A stretch of 64,000 bases of DNA from the NCBI GenBank assembly GCA_041946925.1, contig JBHGBI010000007.1, positions 2,900-66,899 on the forward strand, in the 5' to 3' direction. The notes beneath the pieces are model-generated. The model worked only from the letters and a program-made list of their open reading frames with translations, did not search any database and had not been told where the DNA came from. Source of the stretch: Syntrophales bacterium (lineage in GTDB: Bacteria; Desulfobacterota; Syntrophia; Syntrophales; UBA4778). Made by a program: the position numbers and the translations under genes. Below are positions 28,290 to 37,809 of this stretch, one piece after another (the stretch's first letter is position 1; each line of letters begins with the position of its first letter).

Positions 28290-29984
28290 TTGAAAGGAGC
28301 GCAGATATTCATCAAGGCTTTACAGCAGGAGGGTGTCGACATAATTTTCGGCTATCCGGGAGGAGTGGTGCTCGATATTTATGACGAGCTTCACAAAGAA
28401 AAAATGCGGCACATTCTTGTACGTCATGAGCAGGGAGCCGTACATGCCGCTGACGGTTACGCGCGGGCCTCGGGTAAGGTCGGGGTTGTTCTGGTCACGT
28501 CAGGACCGGGGGCTTCGAACACGGTTACCGGCATAGCCAATGCCCATCTTGATTCCATTCCGATCGTCGTTTTTACCGGACAGGTACCCACGACTCTGAT
28601 CGGGACCGATGCCTTCCAGGAAGTCGATATCGTGGGCATCACCCGACCGTGCACGAAACATAATTTCCAGGTCAGGCGCGTGGAAGAACTGGCCAGGACC
28701 ATTCAGGAAGCATTTCATATCGCGCGCTCGGGAAGGCCCGGGCCGGTCCTGGTCGATCTGCCCAAGGATGTTATGGCGTCCGTAACGGAATACAAGCCTC
28801 TGCCCCGCAGGGAAAAGGAAGATATTGAAGTAAAGCCGGCATCAAAAAAGGCTTTCTATGTCCTTGACCTTATCAATGAGTCGAAGAGGCCCCTGATCCT
28901 CTCCGGAGGAGGCGTCATCCTCGGCAGAGCTTCCGAGGAATTAAGGCAACTGGCATGGAGGACCAGGATACCCGTAACATCGACACTGATGGGGCTCGGC
29001 GCATTTCCCGGCACGGATCCGCTTTGGCTCGGCATGCCCGGCATGCACGGCACCTATTATGCTAACATGGCCATAAGTCATTGCGACCTCATGATCGCCA
29101 TCGGCGTCCGCTTTGATGACCGTGTCACCGGTAAACTCGATACATTCGCCAGGAAGGCCAAGATAGTTCATGTGGATGTCGATCCCTCTTCGATCAACAA
29201 GAACGTCATGGTCGATGTGCCGATTGTCAGCGATTGCAAGAGCGCGTTGCAGAGCTTCAATCAACTGCTCGCAGAACAAAAATTCAACGTTATGGATGAG
29301 CGTCGCCAAGAATGGTTCGACCAGATCAATGAATGGAGATCCGCCGCGCCTCTGTCGTACTGCCAGGACTCAAAGAGCATAAAACCGCAGTTCGTCATTG
29401 AAACTTTGTACAAGCTAACTCGTGGAGAGAATACTATTATTACCACGGAAGTGGGACAGAACCAGATGTGGGCCGCCCAGTTTTATCGTTATGACCATCC
29501 CAATACATTCATCTCATCGGGAGGGCTGGGGACGATGGGGTATGGGTTCCCGGCCGCCATCGGCGCGCAGTTGGCATTTCCGGACAAGCTGGTCGTCGAT
29601 ATCGCCGGGGACGGGAGTATCCAGATGAATATTCAGGAGCTGGCGACGGCCGTACAATATAAGATCCCCGTAAAGATAGCCATTCTTAACAATGGGTACC
29701 TCGGCATGGTCCGCCAGTGGCAGCAGCTCTTTTATGAGAAAAGGTATTCCCATACGGATATGACCTATGCCCCGGATTTCGTCAAAGTAGCCGAGGCTTA
29801 CGGCCTTACGGGCCTACGGGCGTCCAGGCCGGAGGAAGTGGAGCCTGTGCTCAAAAAAGGTTTGTCCATGAAGGGGCCCGTATTGATGGATTTCCAGGTG
29901 GACCGCGAGGAATGCGTCTATCCCATGGTAAGACCGGGTGCTCCCATTCACGAGATGACCCTCGGACGGGAGATGGCGAATTAA
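28290..29984 (+). CDS. ilvB: Acetolactate synthase (acetohydroxy-acid synthase) large subunit
   Basis: I call the start at TTG 28290, with GAGGAGG 8 nt upstream. The track's ATG at 28242 lies inside the terminator T-run. The translation (M)[29 protein letters not shown], plus the ThDP motif ([15 protein letters not shown]...[14 protein letters not shown]), is canonical. Confidence 0.93.
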   Translation: MKGAQIFIKALQQEGVDIIFGYPGGVVLDIYDELHKEKMRHILVRHEQGAVHAADGYARASGKVGVVLVTSGPGASNTVTGIANAHLDSIPIVVFTGQVPTTLIGTDAFQEVDIVGITRPCTKHNFQVRRVEELARTIQEAFHIARSGRPGPVLVDLPKDVMASVTEYKPLPRREKEDIEVKPASKKAFYVLDLINESKRPLILSGGGVILGRASEELRQLAWRTRIPVTSTLMGLGAFPGTDPLWLGMPGMHGTYYANMAISHCDLMIAIGVRFDDRVTGKLDTFARKAKIVHVDVDPSSINKNVMVDVPIVSDCKSALQSFNQLLAEQKFNVMDERRQEWFDQINEWRSAAPLSYCQDSKSIKPQFVIETLYKLTRGENTIITTEVGQNQMWAAQFYRYDHPNTFISSGGLGTMGYGFPAAIGAQLAFPDKLVVDIAGDGSIQMNIQELATAVQYKIPVKIAILNNGYLGMVRQWQQLFYEKRYSHTDMTYAPDFVKVAEAYGLTGLRASRPEEVEPVLKKGLSMKGPVLMDFQVDREECVYPMVRPGAPIHEMTLGREMAN

Positions 29985-30061
29985 GAATCGGATCGAAAGA
30001 GGCTGAAGGCGGTTCGGAAGGACCGCGGGCAGCCTTAATTTAATAAGAACGAGGTAGATAA

Positions 30062-30553
30062 ATGGAAAGGGAGAAGAAAGAACGCGTACTGTCGTTGCTC
30101 GTGAACAACAGGCCTGACGTCCTGGCAAGGGTTGCCGGTACCCTGGGCGGCCGTGGGTATAATATAGAGACGCTGTGCGTTGATGCCACTATTGACCCCA
30201 AGATATCAAAGATCATCCTGACCACTATCGCCGATCAGCCGACTTTGAACAAGATTGAAAAGCAGTTGATGAAGCTGCTGGATGTAAAGCAGGTGACCGA
30301 CCTGACCAGGCTTGCTTCCGTTCACAGGGAAATGATGCTCGTACGGATGAAGCTGACGGATCAAAACAAGGCGGATATCGCCCTGATCATCGATACTTTC
30401 GATGGTAGGGTGGTTACTATGAATGGAGACCATTGTGTCCTGGAAATTTCTGGAACGAAAGAAGAAATCGAAAGGGCGCTGGAAAACCTCAAGCCGCTCG
30501 GTATCGATGACATGGCACGTACCGGTATAGTGGCTCTTGAAAGGACGAAATAG
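30062..30553 (+). CDS. ilvN: Acetolactate synthase small (regulatory) subunit
   Basis: 163 aa with an ACT domain (RVLSLLVNNRPDVLARVAGTLGGRGYNIETLCV) and a C-terminal ACT-like domain. It follows ilvB. Confidence 0.92.
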   Translation: MEREKKERVLSLLVNNRPDVLARVAGTLGGRGYNIETLCVDATIDPKISKIILTTIADQPTLNKIEKQLMKLLDVKQVTDLTRLASVHREMMLVRMKLTDQNKADIALIIDTFDGRVVTMNGDHCVLEISGTKEEIERALENLKPLGIDDMARTGIVALERTK

Positions 30554-30567
30554 GAAGGAGGAAAGAA

Positions 30568-31629
30568 ATGGCGAAGATCGATTTTGGCGGCGTTATGGAG
30601 GAAGTCATTACCTCAAAGGAGTTTCCTCTGAGCAAAGCCCGGAAAGTCCTGAAAAATGAGACTCTTGCGGTGCTGGGGTACGGAGTCCAGGGGCCGGGAC
30701 AGGCTCTCAATTTGCGGGATAACGGAATCCGGGTAATTGTGGGACAGCGCAAAGGAGGATCAACCTGGAAAAAGGCTGTAAAAGACGGATTCAAGCCGGG
30801 TGTAACACTCTTCCCGCTGGAAGAAGCCGCTGAGCAGGGAACGATAGTTATGTACATGCTCTCCGATGCGGGCCAGAAGGCTATGTGGCCGAAGATCAAG
30901 CCTCATTTAACGGAGGGAAAGGCACTCTATTTCTCTCACGGATTCTCGATTACCTACCGGGAATTGACCCGTGTCATCCCGCCGCCGGATATTGACGTTA
31001 TTATGGTTGCGCCCAAGGGTTCGGGGCGCACAGTCCGCAGCAATTTCCTGGACGGCAGCGGCATCAATTCAAGCTTTGCCGTTTTTCAGGATTATACGGG
31101 AAAGGCTCTCGAGAGGACTCTGGCGATCGGAATAGCGATCGGATCCGGGTATCTCTTCCCGACCACATTCGAAAAAGAAGTATACAGCGATCTGACGGGG
31201 GAGCGGGGGGTCCTTATGGGATGTCTGGCGGGCGTTATGGAGGCCCAGTATAACGTTCTTCGCAAGCACGGGCACAGTCCGAGTGAGTCGTTCAACGAAA
31301 CAGTGGAAGAACTGACCCAGAGCCTGATCAGGCTCGTCGCTGAAAACGGCATGGACTGGATGTACGCCAATTGCAGCACAACGGCCCAGCGAGGTGCTCT
31401 CGACTGGAAAAACCGGTTTCGCGATGCTGTTGCCCCTGTTTTTGACAAGTTGTATGACCGGGTCGTTTCCGGAAAAGAAACCCGGATCGTCCTCAAGGCG
31501 AACAGCGCTCCCGATTATCGAGAGCGGCTGGAAGAGGAACTCGCCGCGCTGAGGAACATGGAGATGTGGAAGGCGGGCGCCGCCGTGCGGGGGCTTCGGC
31601 CGGAACGGAGAAAAGTGAGAAAACCCTGA
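30568..31629 (+). CDS. ilvC: Ketol-acid reductoisomerase
   Basis: 353 aa. Motifs LAVLGYGVQGPGQALNLRDNG, MVAPKG.G..VR and NCSTTAQRGALDW are present. Confidence 0.95.
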   Translation: MAKIDFGGVMEEVITSKEFPLSKARKVLKNETLAVLGYGVQGPGQALNLRDNGIRVIVGQRKGGSTWKKAVKDGFKPGVTLFPLEEAAEQGTIVMYMLSDAGQKAMWPKIKPHLTEGKALYFSHGFSITYRELTRVIPPPDIDVIMVAPKGSGRTVRSNFLDGSGINSSFAVFQDYTGKALERTLAIGIAIGSGYLFPTTFEKEVYSDLTGERGVLMGCLAGVMEAQYNVLRKHGHSPSESFNETVEELTQSLIRLVAENGMDWMYANCSTTAQRGALDWKNRFRDAVAPVFDKLYDRVVSGKETRIVLKANSAPDYRERLEEELAALRNMEMWKAGAAVRGLRPERRKVRKP

Positions 31630-31679
31630 ATATTCGAAGGGCATGGATCTGGAAAGGCACATAAAAACGGAGGAGATGT

Positions 31680-33338
31680 ATGCGCAGTGATCTAATGAAA
31701 AAGGGCCTGGAAAGGGCTCCTCACCGCTCTCTTTTCAAGGCTATGGGGTACACGGATGAAGAGATACGCCGGCCCCTGATCGGTGTGGTCAACTCGGCTA
31801 ACGAAATTATTCCCGGGCATATCCATCTCAGTATGATCGCGGCGGACGTGAAAGCCGGAATTCGGGCGGCCGGCGGCACACCGGTAGAATTTCCCTCAAT
31901 CGGTGTCTGCGATGGAATAGCCATGGGCCACGAAGGCATGAAGTATTCTCTGGCTAGCCGGGAAATCATTGCGGATTCGGTAGAGATCATGGCCATGGCA
32001 CACCCTTTCGACGGTCTTGTTTTCATTCCTAACTGCGACAAAATTATTCCCGGAATGCTGATGGCGGCGTTGCGCCTGAACATACCGTCCATTTTCATCA
32101 GCGGCGGCCCCATGCTGGCTGGGGCGTTGTTCGGAGAATCCGTGGACTTGATCAATGTTTTCGAAGCAGTGGGGAAAGTCAGATCCGGAGGGATGAGCCT
32201 CAAGGCACTGAAGTCCCTCGAGGACTACGCCTGTCCGGGATGCGGCTCCTGTGCGGGCATGTTCACTGCTAATTCCATGAACTGCGTCACGGAGGCTCTC
32301 GGCATGGGCCTTCCCGGAAACGGCACGATCCCCGCCGTGAAGGCTGAGCGCCGCCGCCTTGCCAAAACGGCCGGCATGCAGATCATGCAGCTGGTAAAGA
32401 AGGATATCAAGCCGAGAGATATCGCAACGCTCGACGCCTTCAGGAACGCCATCGCCGTCGACATGGCCCTGGGCTGCTCGACCAATACGGTTCTGCATAT
32501 ACCCGCTATTGCGTACGAGGCGGGGATCACTCTCGATCTTGACCTTTTCAATGAGCTCAGCCGCCGGACGCCCAATATTTGTTATCTCCGTCCCGCAGGT
32601 CCCCACTATCTCGAAGACCTGGACAGAGCAGGCGGCATCCAAAGCGTAATGAAGGAAATCGCAAAGACAGGAGCGATTCATCTTGAAAACCTGACAGTGA
32701 CCGGAAAGCCGGTTAAAGATAATCTGAAAAAGGCCATGCCGGCGGACAGGGATGTAATCCGGTCGGTTAAGGAACCTTACAGCCAAGAAGGCGGAATAGC
32801 CATCCTGAGGGGAAATCTCGCTCCGGACGGGGCCGTTGTGAAACAGTCGGCCGTAGCGCCCGACATGCTTGTAAACGAAGGCCGTGCGCGTGTTTTCGAC
32901 TCGGAGGACACTGCTATAAAAGCAATTCTGGATGGCAGGATCAAACCAGGAGATATCGTTGTTATACGTTACGAAGGACCCAGAGGCGGTCCCGGCATGC
33001 GTGAAATGCTGGCCCCGACCTCGGCGATCGTGGGGATGGGCCTGGACAAATCTGTTTCTCTTCTGACGGACGGCAGATTCAGCGGGGGTACGAGAGGAGC
33101 GGCCATTGGGCACATCTCGCCTGAAGCTGCGGAAGGAGGTCCTATCGGGCTGATCCGTGAAGGCGATATTATTTACATCGACATACCCGGCAAAAAGCTG
33201 ACGCTTAAGGTAAGCAACGAGGAAATGGCGAAAAGGAGAAAGGAATTCCGCCCACGTCCGCCAGCGATCCGCGAGGGCTATCTGGCCAGATACGCGAGAC
33301 TGGTAACATCCGCCAGTACCGGCGCGATTTTGAAATAA
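31680..33338 (+). CDS. ilvD: Dihydroxy-acid dehydratase
   Basis: 552 aa. Motifs [45 protein letters not shown] and TDGRFSGGT are present. Confidence 0.96.
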   Translation: MRSDLMKKGLERAPHRSLFKAMGYTDEEIRRPLIGVVNSANEIIPGHIHLSMIAADVKAGIRAAGGTPVEFPSIGVCDGIAMGHEGMKYSLASREIIADSVEIMAMAHPFDGLVFIPNCDKIIPGMLMAALRLNIPSIFISGGPMLAGALFGESVDLINVFEAVGKVRSGGMSLKALKSLEDYACPGCGSCAGMFTANSMNCVTEALGMGLPGNGTIPAVKAERRRLAKTAGMQIMQLVKKDIKPRDIATLDAFRNAIAVDMALGCSTNTVLHIPAIAYEAGITLDLDLFNELSRRTPNICYLRPAGPHYLEDLDRAGGIQSVMKEIAKTGAIHLENLTVTGKPVKDNLKKAMPADRDVIRSVKEPYSQEGGIAILRGNLAPDGAVVKQSAVAPDMLVNEGRARVFDSEDTAIKAILDGRIKPGDIVVIRYEGPRGGPGMREMLAPTSAIVGMGLDKSVSLLTDGRFSGGTRGAAIGHISPEAAEGGPIGLIREGDIIYIDIPGKKLTLKVSNEEMAKRRKEFRPRPPAIREGYLARYARLVTSASTGAILK

Positions 33339-33450
33339 TTATAAGTTTCAAGGCAGGCGCATTTTTTGGAATCCGGGCTTTTTGCTGTCTTGCGGTAAAA
33401 CAATATATCTGAAAAGTCAGGTATTGCCGGATATTTGCGCATTGGAAGCT

Positions 33451-34788
33451 TTAGCGTTTCTTGTAATAGTGTGCTCCTTGCCAGCTCTTTTTCAAAGCCT
33501 TATTCAGCTTGTACGAAGCATAGATATTCATCGCGTTCTTGATATGGATGGCAGACCTCAGCAGGCGGAGCTGATAGGAAGGAAACGAATATAATCTATG
33601 CTTGATATAATTATCTCCTTCGTAAACCTGGGTTTCATCGATTCCCAGCGGTTGATGAACTACGTAGGAAAAACGATATTTGTCCCAATCTCCAGGGAAA
33701 TTTCGGTAAGTTATCCTTCCCTCCTGCTCCAGTTGTTCCATCAGCCTGGTTCCCGGCAGGGGAGTCAGGATACTGATCTGAACCATGTCAATGCCGGACG
33801 TCAGCAGAAATTCTGCAAGTTCGCTGTAATACTCCGGTGATTCGTAGTCATTTCCAATAATGAAGGCCCCCAAAACTCCTATCCCGAATTTGTGGAATCG
33901 GGCAATAACTGCTTTATAGCTTTCGATTCCGGTTTTCAGGTTAATTCCCTTCTGCATCTGTTTCAGGGTTCCTTTATTGAGCGTTTCAAAACCAATAAAC
34001 ACATAGGTACAGCCGGATCTAGCGGCCGCTTCGATCAAATATTCATCATCCGCCGCATTGATGGAGGTTTGCATCCACCATTTCTTGTTCAGAGAGCGGT
34101 CTATCATGCCCTTAAATAATTCCATGGCCCTTTTTTTACTCTGCAGACTGCTGCCAATCAAGTTATCGTCGACAAAGGCTATAAACCGACCTTTAATGGC
34201 TTCCAATTCGTTGAGAATATCTTCCGGTCTGCGCTGTCGGTAGTCTTTGCCGAGATATTTGGATACTGAACAGAAATTGCAATTGAAGGGACAGCCGCGC
34301 GATGTTTGGACAGAGTTCCAGAAATAATTTTCATGTAATAAATCGCGCCGGGGAGTAATCCGTGTTTGAGAGAGGTCTATTCGATCACCGCGATACTTCG
34401 GCATCAATCGGTTATTCTCAAAATCTTCAATAACCTGTTTCCAGATACCTTCTACTTCTCCTATTACAACAGCGTCCGCGTACTGCAAGACTTCATCAGG
34501 CAGCATCGAAGCGTGAATCCCGCCCATGATCACTTTAGTGCCGTGAGCCTTGTACAGCCTGGCAATCTCATAAGCCCTGTTAATATTGCTGGTGAACGCG
34601 GTGATGCCGACCATATCGGCTTCTTCGAACTCAAAAACACCCATGTTTTCGTCCGCTATTTTGACCTCCCAATGAGAGGGGGTGACAGCGGCTGTGTACG
34701 CCAGGCCCAGAGGTTGAAAAGTGGAAAACCTGCTCAAAAGGTAACCGCTTCTCCTGCCGACAGGATTGATCAATAAAAGTTTTTTCAT
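33451..34788 (-). CDS. B12-binding domain-containing radical SAM protein
   Basis: ATG 34788 (MKKLLLINP...) is preferred over the TTG at 34818. The N-terminal region is a cobalamin-binding-like Rossmann fold (ADMVGITAFTSNINRAYEIARLYKAHGTKVIMGGIHAS). The radical SAM motif is SRGCPFNCNFCSV. Confidence 0.85.
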   Translation of the reverse strand: MKKLLLINPVGRRSGYLLSRFSTFQPLGLAYTAAVTPSHWEVKIADENMGVFEFEEADMVGITAFTSNINRAYEIARLYKAHGTKVIMGGIHASMLPDEVLQYADAVVIGEVEGIWKQVIEDFENNRLMPKYRGDRIDLSQTRITPRRDLLHENYFWNSVQTSRGCPFNCNFCSVSKYLGKDYRQRRPEDILNELEAIKGRFIAFVDDNLIGSSLQSKKRAMELFKGMIDRSLNKKWWMQTSINAADDEYLIEAAARSGCTYVFIGFETLNKGTLKQMQKGINLKTGIESYKAVIARFHKFGIGVLGAFIIGNDYESPEYYSELAEFLLTSGIDMVQISILTPLPGTRLMEQLEQEGRITYRNFPGDWDKYRFSYVVHQPLGIDETQVYEGDNYIKHRLYSFPSYQLRLLRSAIHIKNAMNIYASYKLNKALKKSWQGAHYYKKR

Positions 34789-34845
34789 TTGGATGATCTT
34801 TTCTTTTGAAGTGCGCAAAGAAGCACTTCGGTTTGTAATTCGGAA

Positions 34846-36135
34846 TCACAAAGGCGTAGCTTTTTTAGCCGCTTTCACTGCAGCATCGAAGAAGGCGGAC
34901 CGAAGCGGTCTTATGGCCATCAAAGCTTTAACCGGTGGGGAATTTTCCAGTACAGACAAAATGCGCCCCAGGGCCCTGTGGCCGAGGTTTTCATGCCCGG
35001 CGAATATCAAATCAGCAAGTTTTCCCCTTTCGATAGCCATCGCAATCATGCGGTCAAAGGTCGTCTCGGGGGTATGGACCCGCCGGGCCCGGGGCTTCAT
35101 GGAAATCGCGCCTGTTTTGCATACCGAATAACAGACGCCGCACCCCAAGCATAGCTTATCGTCGAGCAACGCCTGTTTTTTCCTGCTCTCTGCGTCTTGC
35201 TTTTCCAGAATGACAATCGCGCCCACGGGGCAGATTTTCTCGCATCGGCCGCAGCCCGCGCACTTCGTGAGGTCCGTATTCATGATCCAGTTGGAAGTGA
35301 CGATCGCATTTCTTATGTTGAATATCCTGATTGCCGCAATCATCTCGCAGCAGCAACTGCAGCAATTGCAGATATAATTAACATTATGCCGGACATTGTC
35401 CCCGGTCTGCACAAGGCCGGCCTGCTTGCTCTTTTCGAGGATTCTCAAAGCCTCGGCAGTTGTCAGCTTTCTTGCATGATGATTGCGGACGAGAATCTCC
35501 GCCCCTATATTCAATGAAATGCAATTCTCCTGCTCGGCTTCACATGCTCTTCCGAGATGGCTCGCCTTATGCCTGCAGGCACATAAGGATACTGCGGCGG
35601 CGGTGGCAGATTCAATCAGGCGACTCGCCCGTTCCCAATCGAGGATTTCCATATAGTCCCCTTCGGGCAGCGCTTCCTCCCGTACAAGGGAGCGGCCTAT
35701 CTGGGTTTCCTTCTGAAATACCGAATGCGCAAAGCGGTCGTCCTTGCGCATGTAGTCGTCAAAAAGGCGGGCAAGCTCGGTCATCGGCAACTCACGCCTG
35801 CACCTCATAAAGGTATACTCGAAAAAACCGATTACAACCGGCGACAAAGAAAAATACCTTCTCTTCCCCTGCCCGATATCGATGACCAGCCCGCGCATGG
35901 CCATATCGGTCAACTTTTCATCGAGTTCATCGGGAGGAATGGCCAGTTTCCGGGAAAGGCGCTCCAGGGATATGAACCGAGTAGGCATCCGGCGGGCTAT
36001 CTCGGCATCCTCCGGAGAAAAAAGGAGCTTTAGAATCTGCATGAAAACCGGTGAAGCGGGCGCTCCAGTGATATTCCTGTCCAGTCGCTGCTGGAGGAGG
36101 CGGTACCGGCGATTCGGATCAGCGTTATGTCCCAT
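34846..36135 (-). CDS. Multi-cluster Fe-S protein (two ferredoxin-type 4Fe-4S motifs plus CNCCSCCC cysteine cluster), function unknown
   Basis: ATG 36135 is preferred; the longest ORF starts at TTG 36183. It contains CAGCGRCEKICP and CLGCGVCYSVCK (CxxCxxCxxxC[PK]), plus CACRHK...C and the unusual ICNCCSCCCE run. The N-terminal ~110 aa look like a helical/winged-helix-like module. Confidence 0.7.
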   Translation of the reverse strand: MGHNADPNRRYRLLQQRLDRNITGAPASPVFMQILKLLFSPEDAEIARRMPTRFISLERLSRKLAIPPDELDEKLTDMAMRGLVIDIGQGKRRYFSLSPVVIGFFEYTFMRCRRELPMTELARLFDDYMRKDDRFAHSVFQKETQIGRSLVREEALPEGDYMEILDWERASRLIESATAAAVSLCACRHKASHLGRACEAEQENCISLNIGAEILVRNHHARKLTTAEALRILEKSKQAGLVQTGDNVRHNVNYICNCCSCCCEMIAAIRIFNIRNAIVTSNWIMNTDLTKCAGCGRCEKICPVGAIVILEKQDAESRKKQALLDDKLCLGCGVCYSVCKTGAISMKPRARRVHTPETTFDRMIAMAIERGKLADLIFAGHENLGHRALGRILSVLENSPPVKALMAIRPLRSAFFDAAVKAAKKATPL

Positions 36136-36327
36136 TTTCGGATATTTTCCCCCGACTGTTTTATGTAGTGATGGTGCAGACAAAGGGCCAAGGGGCCTTG
36201 CAACCTGTTTGCTGGCTTACGGGCAAGGAAAATTCAGAATTTTCGACCTGATAAATCAGGGATTCCCCTATAGGTACATTCTTTCACTTAGCGTAAACTA
36301 CAAGTAAATTTTACCGGAGGGAAGGAC

Positions 36328-36555
36328 ATGTCAAGAAAATTTTTCTTTGTGTTTCTCCTCGGTTTGTTTGTCCTGAGTTGCGCGTCTGCACCGGTCCAGC
36401 AATCGGATGTACTTCGCCATGATTCAATGTACAAGAACTGGAGCCATCTCTGGTTCAGCTGGGCGGGATACAAGAGCGAAAACTGCAACAAAGCTGTGCA
36501 GATGAAATCGGAACAAGAAGGATGGTGGGGAGAAACCGTCCCATGTCCTGAATAA
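36328..36555 (+). CDS. Small lipoprotein (75 aa)
   Basis: The signal peptide carries a lipobox (MSRKFFFVFLLGLFVLS-C). An SD (GGAGGGAAGG) lies upstream. The mature part is Trp-rich, with no recognisable family. Confidence 0.6.
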   Translation: MSRKFFFVFLLGLFVLSCASAPVQQSDVLRHDSMYKNWSHLWFSWAGYKSENCNKAVQMKSEQEGWWGETVPCPE

Positions 36556-36603
36556 TTCCGCACTGTGCCGCCTGAATCTCCCTGAAGCCGAAGAGGCTTG
36601 ATT

Positions 36604-37752
36604 TCATGTATATTCTTCATGCCGATCTACGCCGAGGGAGCATATTTTCGTCAGCATATCGCCTCTGACAGCCACACCCAGACCGTGCAGCGGGCCCCGA
36701 GCCCGCTCATTCTCTTTTATCAGCCGCCCGTCTTTGCGAAATTTCCCGAGCAGGAGATTGGAAGGACCTTCGAAATAGGTCAGATTGGACAAAACCATGG
36801 CGAATTGTACGCCCGCCGCGGACAGAACGTCCGCTTCTCCGACATGACTTCCCAGTTGGCACAATACTCCTTTCTGCCGGGCGTAATCTGCGATCTGCTT
36901 GGACCTCAGCAACCCGCCGCATTTCGAAATTTTTATATTCAGGATGTCGCAGCAGCCGCATTCGATCAAATCCCTGGCATCGGACAGACTGTACATGGAT
37001 TCATCGGCTATGACAGAGATTCCCAGAGTCGATCTGACTTTCCTCATTCCTTCACAATCTCCCCTGGGCACAGGCTGCTCGACGGCCGAAATTCTGAAAT
37101 TTTCTATTTTCCTGAGGTTCGAGATGGCCTGGTCCGGCGTCCATTTCCCGTTGGCTTCCACGCGAATATCCATCTCGCTGCCGAACAATTTCCTGATCCA
37201 TGAGACTCGTTGCCGGTTTTCTTCCTCATCCTGCCCCATAAGGACTTTAACGGATTTGAACCTGATATCTTTCAATATGGACAGGCTGCGTTTTATTTTC
37301 TCCGGAGGTAAAAAAGGTATGGGAACCGCATGTGGTATCTCTGTTCTGACGGCCGGACCCAGAAATTCATATATGGGTTTGTGTTGAACCTTGCCGAGCG
37401 CGTCAAGAAGCGCGATATCGATCGCCCCCAGTGCCGAGTGATAGGCTGGAATTCCGTTATCTATACAGCAATGTTCCAGCCTGCGGAGCAGATCATCTAT
37501 ATCCTCAACTCGTTCAATGCATTTCTCCAGGAGCAATCCGGTGAACTCCTTCCGCAGAATCCCGATTACGGATGAACATGTCTCACCCGTCACGTAATTC
37601 CTGGGTGCGCTCTCTCCGTATCCGGAAACGCCGTTGTCGAATTCCACTTCAACCAGCACGGATTCGGCCCTGGATCTGAACGCCTGGGGGGAATGGAAGG
37701 CGAATTTGAGGGGAACATCGCACTGGTAAATATGAATGCCGGTAATCCTCAC
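36604..37752 (-). CDS. Enolase-superfamily enzyme (mandelate racemase/muconate lactonizing / dipeptide-epimerase-like)
   Basis: 382 aa with a capping domain (GVSGYGESAP), a barrel containing FKSVKVLMG, IRVEANGKW, VEQPV, IADES and NIKISKCGG. Substrate specificity cannot be read from the sequence. Confidence 0.8.
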   Translation of the reverse strand: MRITGIHIYQCDVPLKFAFHSPQAFRSRAESVLVEVEFDNGVSGYGESAPRNYVTGETCSSVIGILRKEFTGLLLEKCIERVEDIDDLLRRLEHCCIDNGIPAYHSALGAIDIALLDALGKVQHKPIYEFLGPAVRTEIPHAVPIPFLPPEKIKRSLSILKDIRFKSVKVLMGQDEEENRQRVSWIRKLFGSEMDIRVEANGKWTPDQAISNLRKIENFRISAVEQPVPRGDCEGMRKVRSTLGISVIADESMYSLSDARDLIECGCCDILNIKISKCGGLLRSKQIADYARQKGVLCQLGSHVGEADVLSAAGVQFAMVLSNLTYFEGPSNLLLGKFRKDGRLIKENERARGPLHGLGVAVRGDMLTKICSLGVDRHEEYT

Positions 37753-37809
37753 TGATATCCTGTTTTCGCACCTCCAATTGACAGCAGGCTACAACCCATC
37801 CAGCATCTG

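Noticed and set aside
31896-33113. A 405-aa minus-strand ORF, together with 31721-32203 and 32225-32575.
   Set aside because: It is antisense to ilvD, whose plus-strand translation is canonical.
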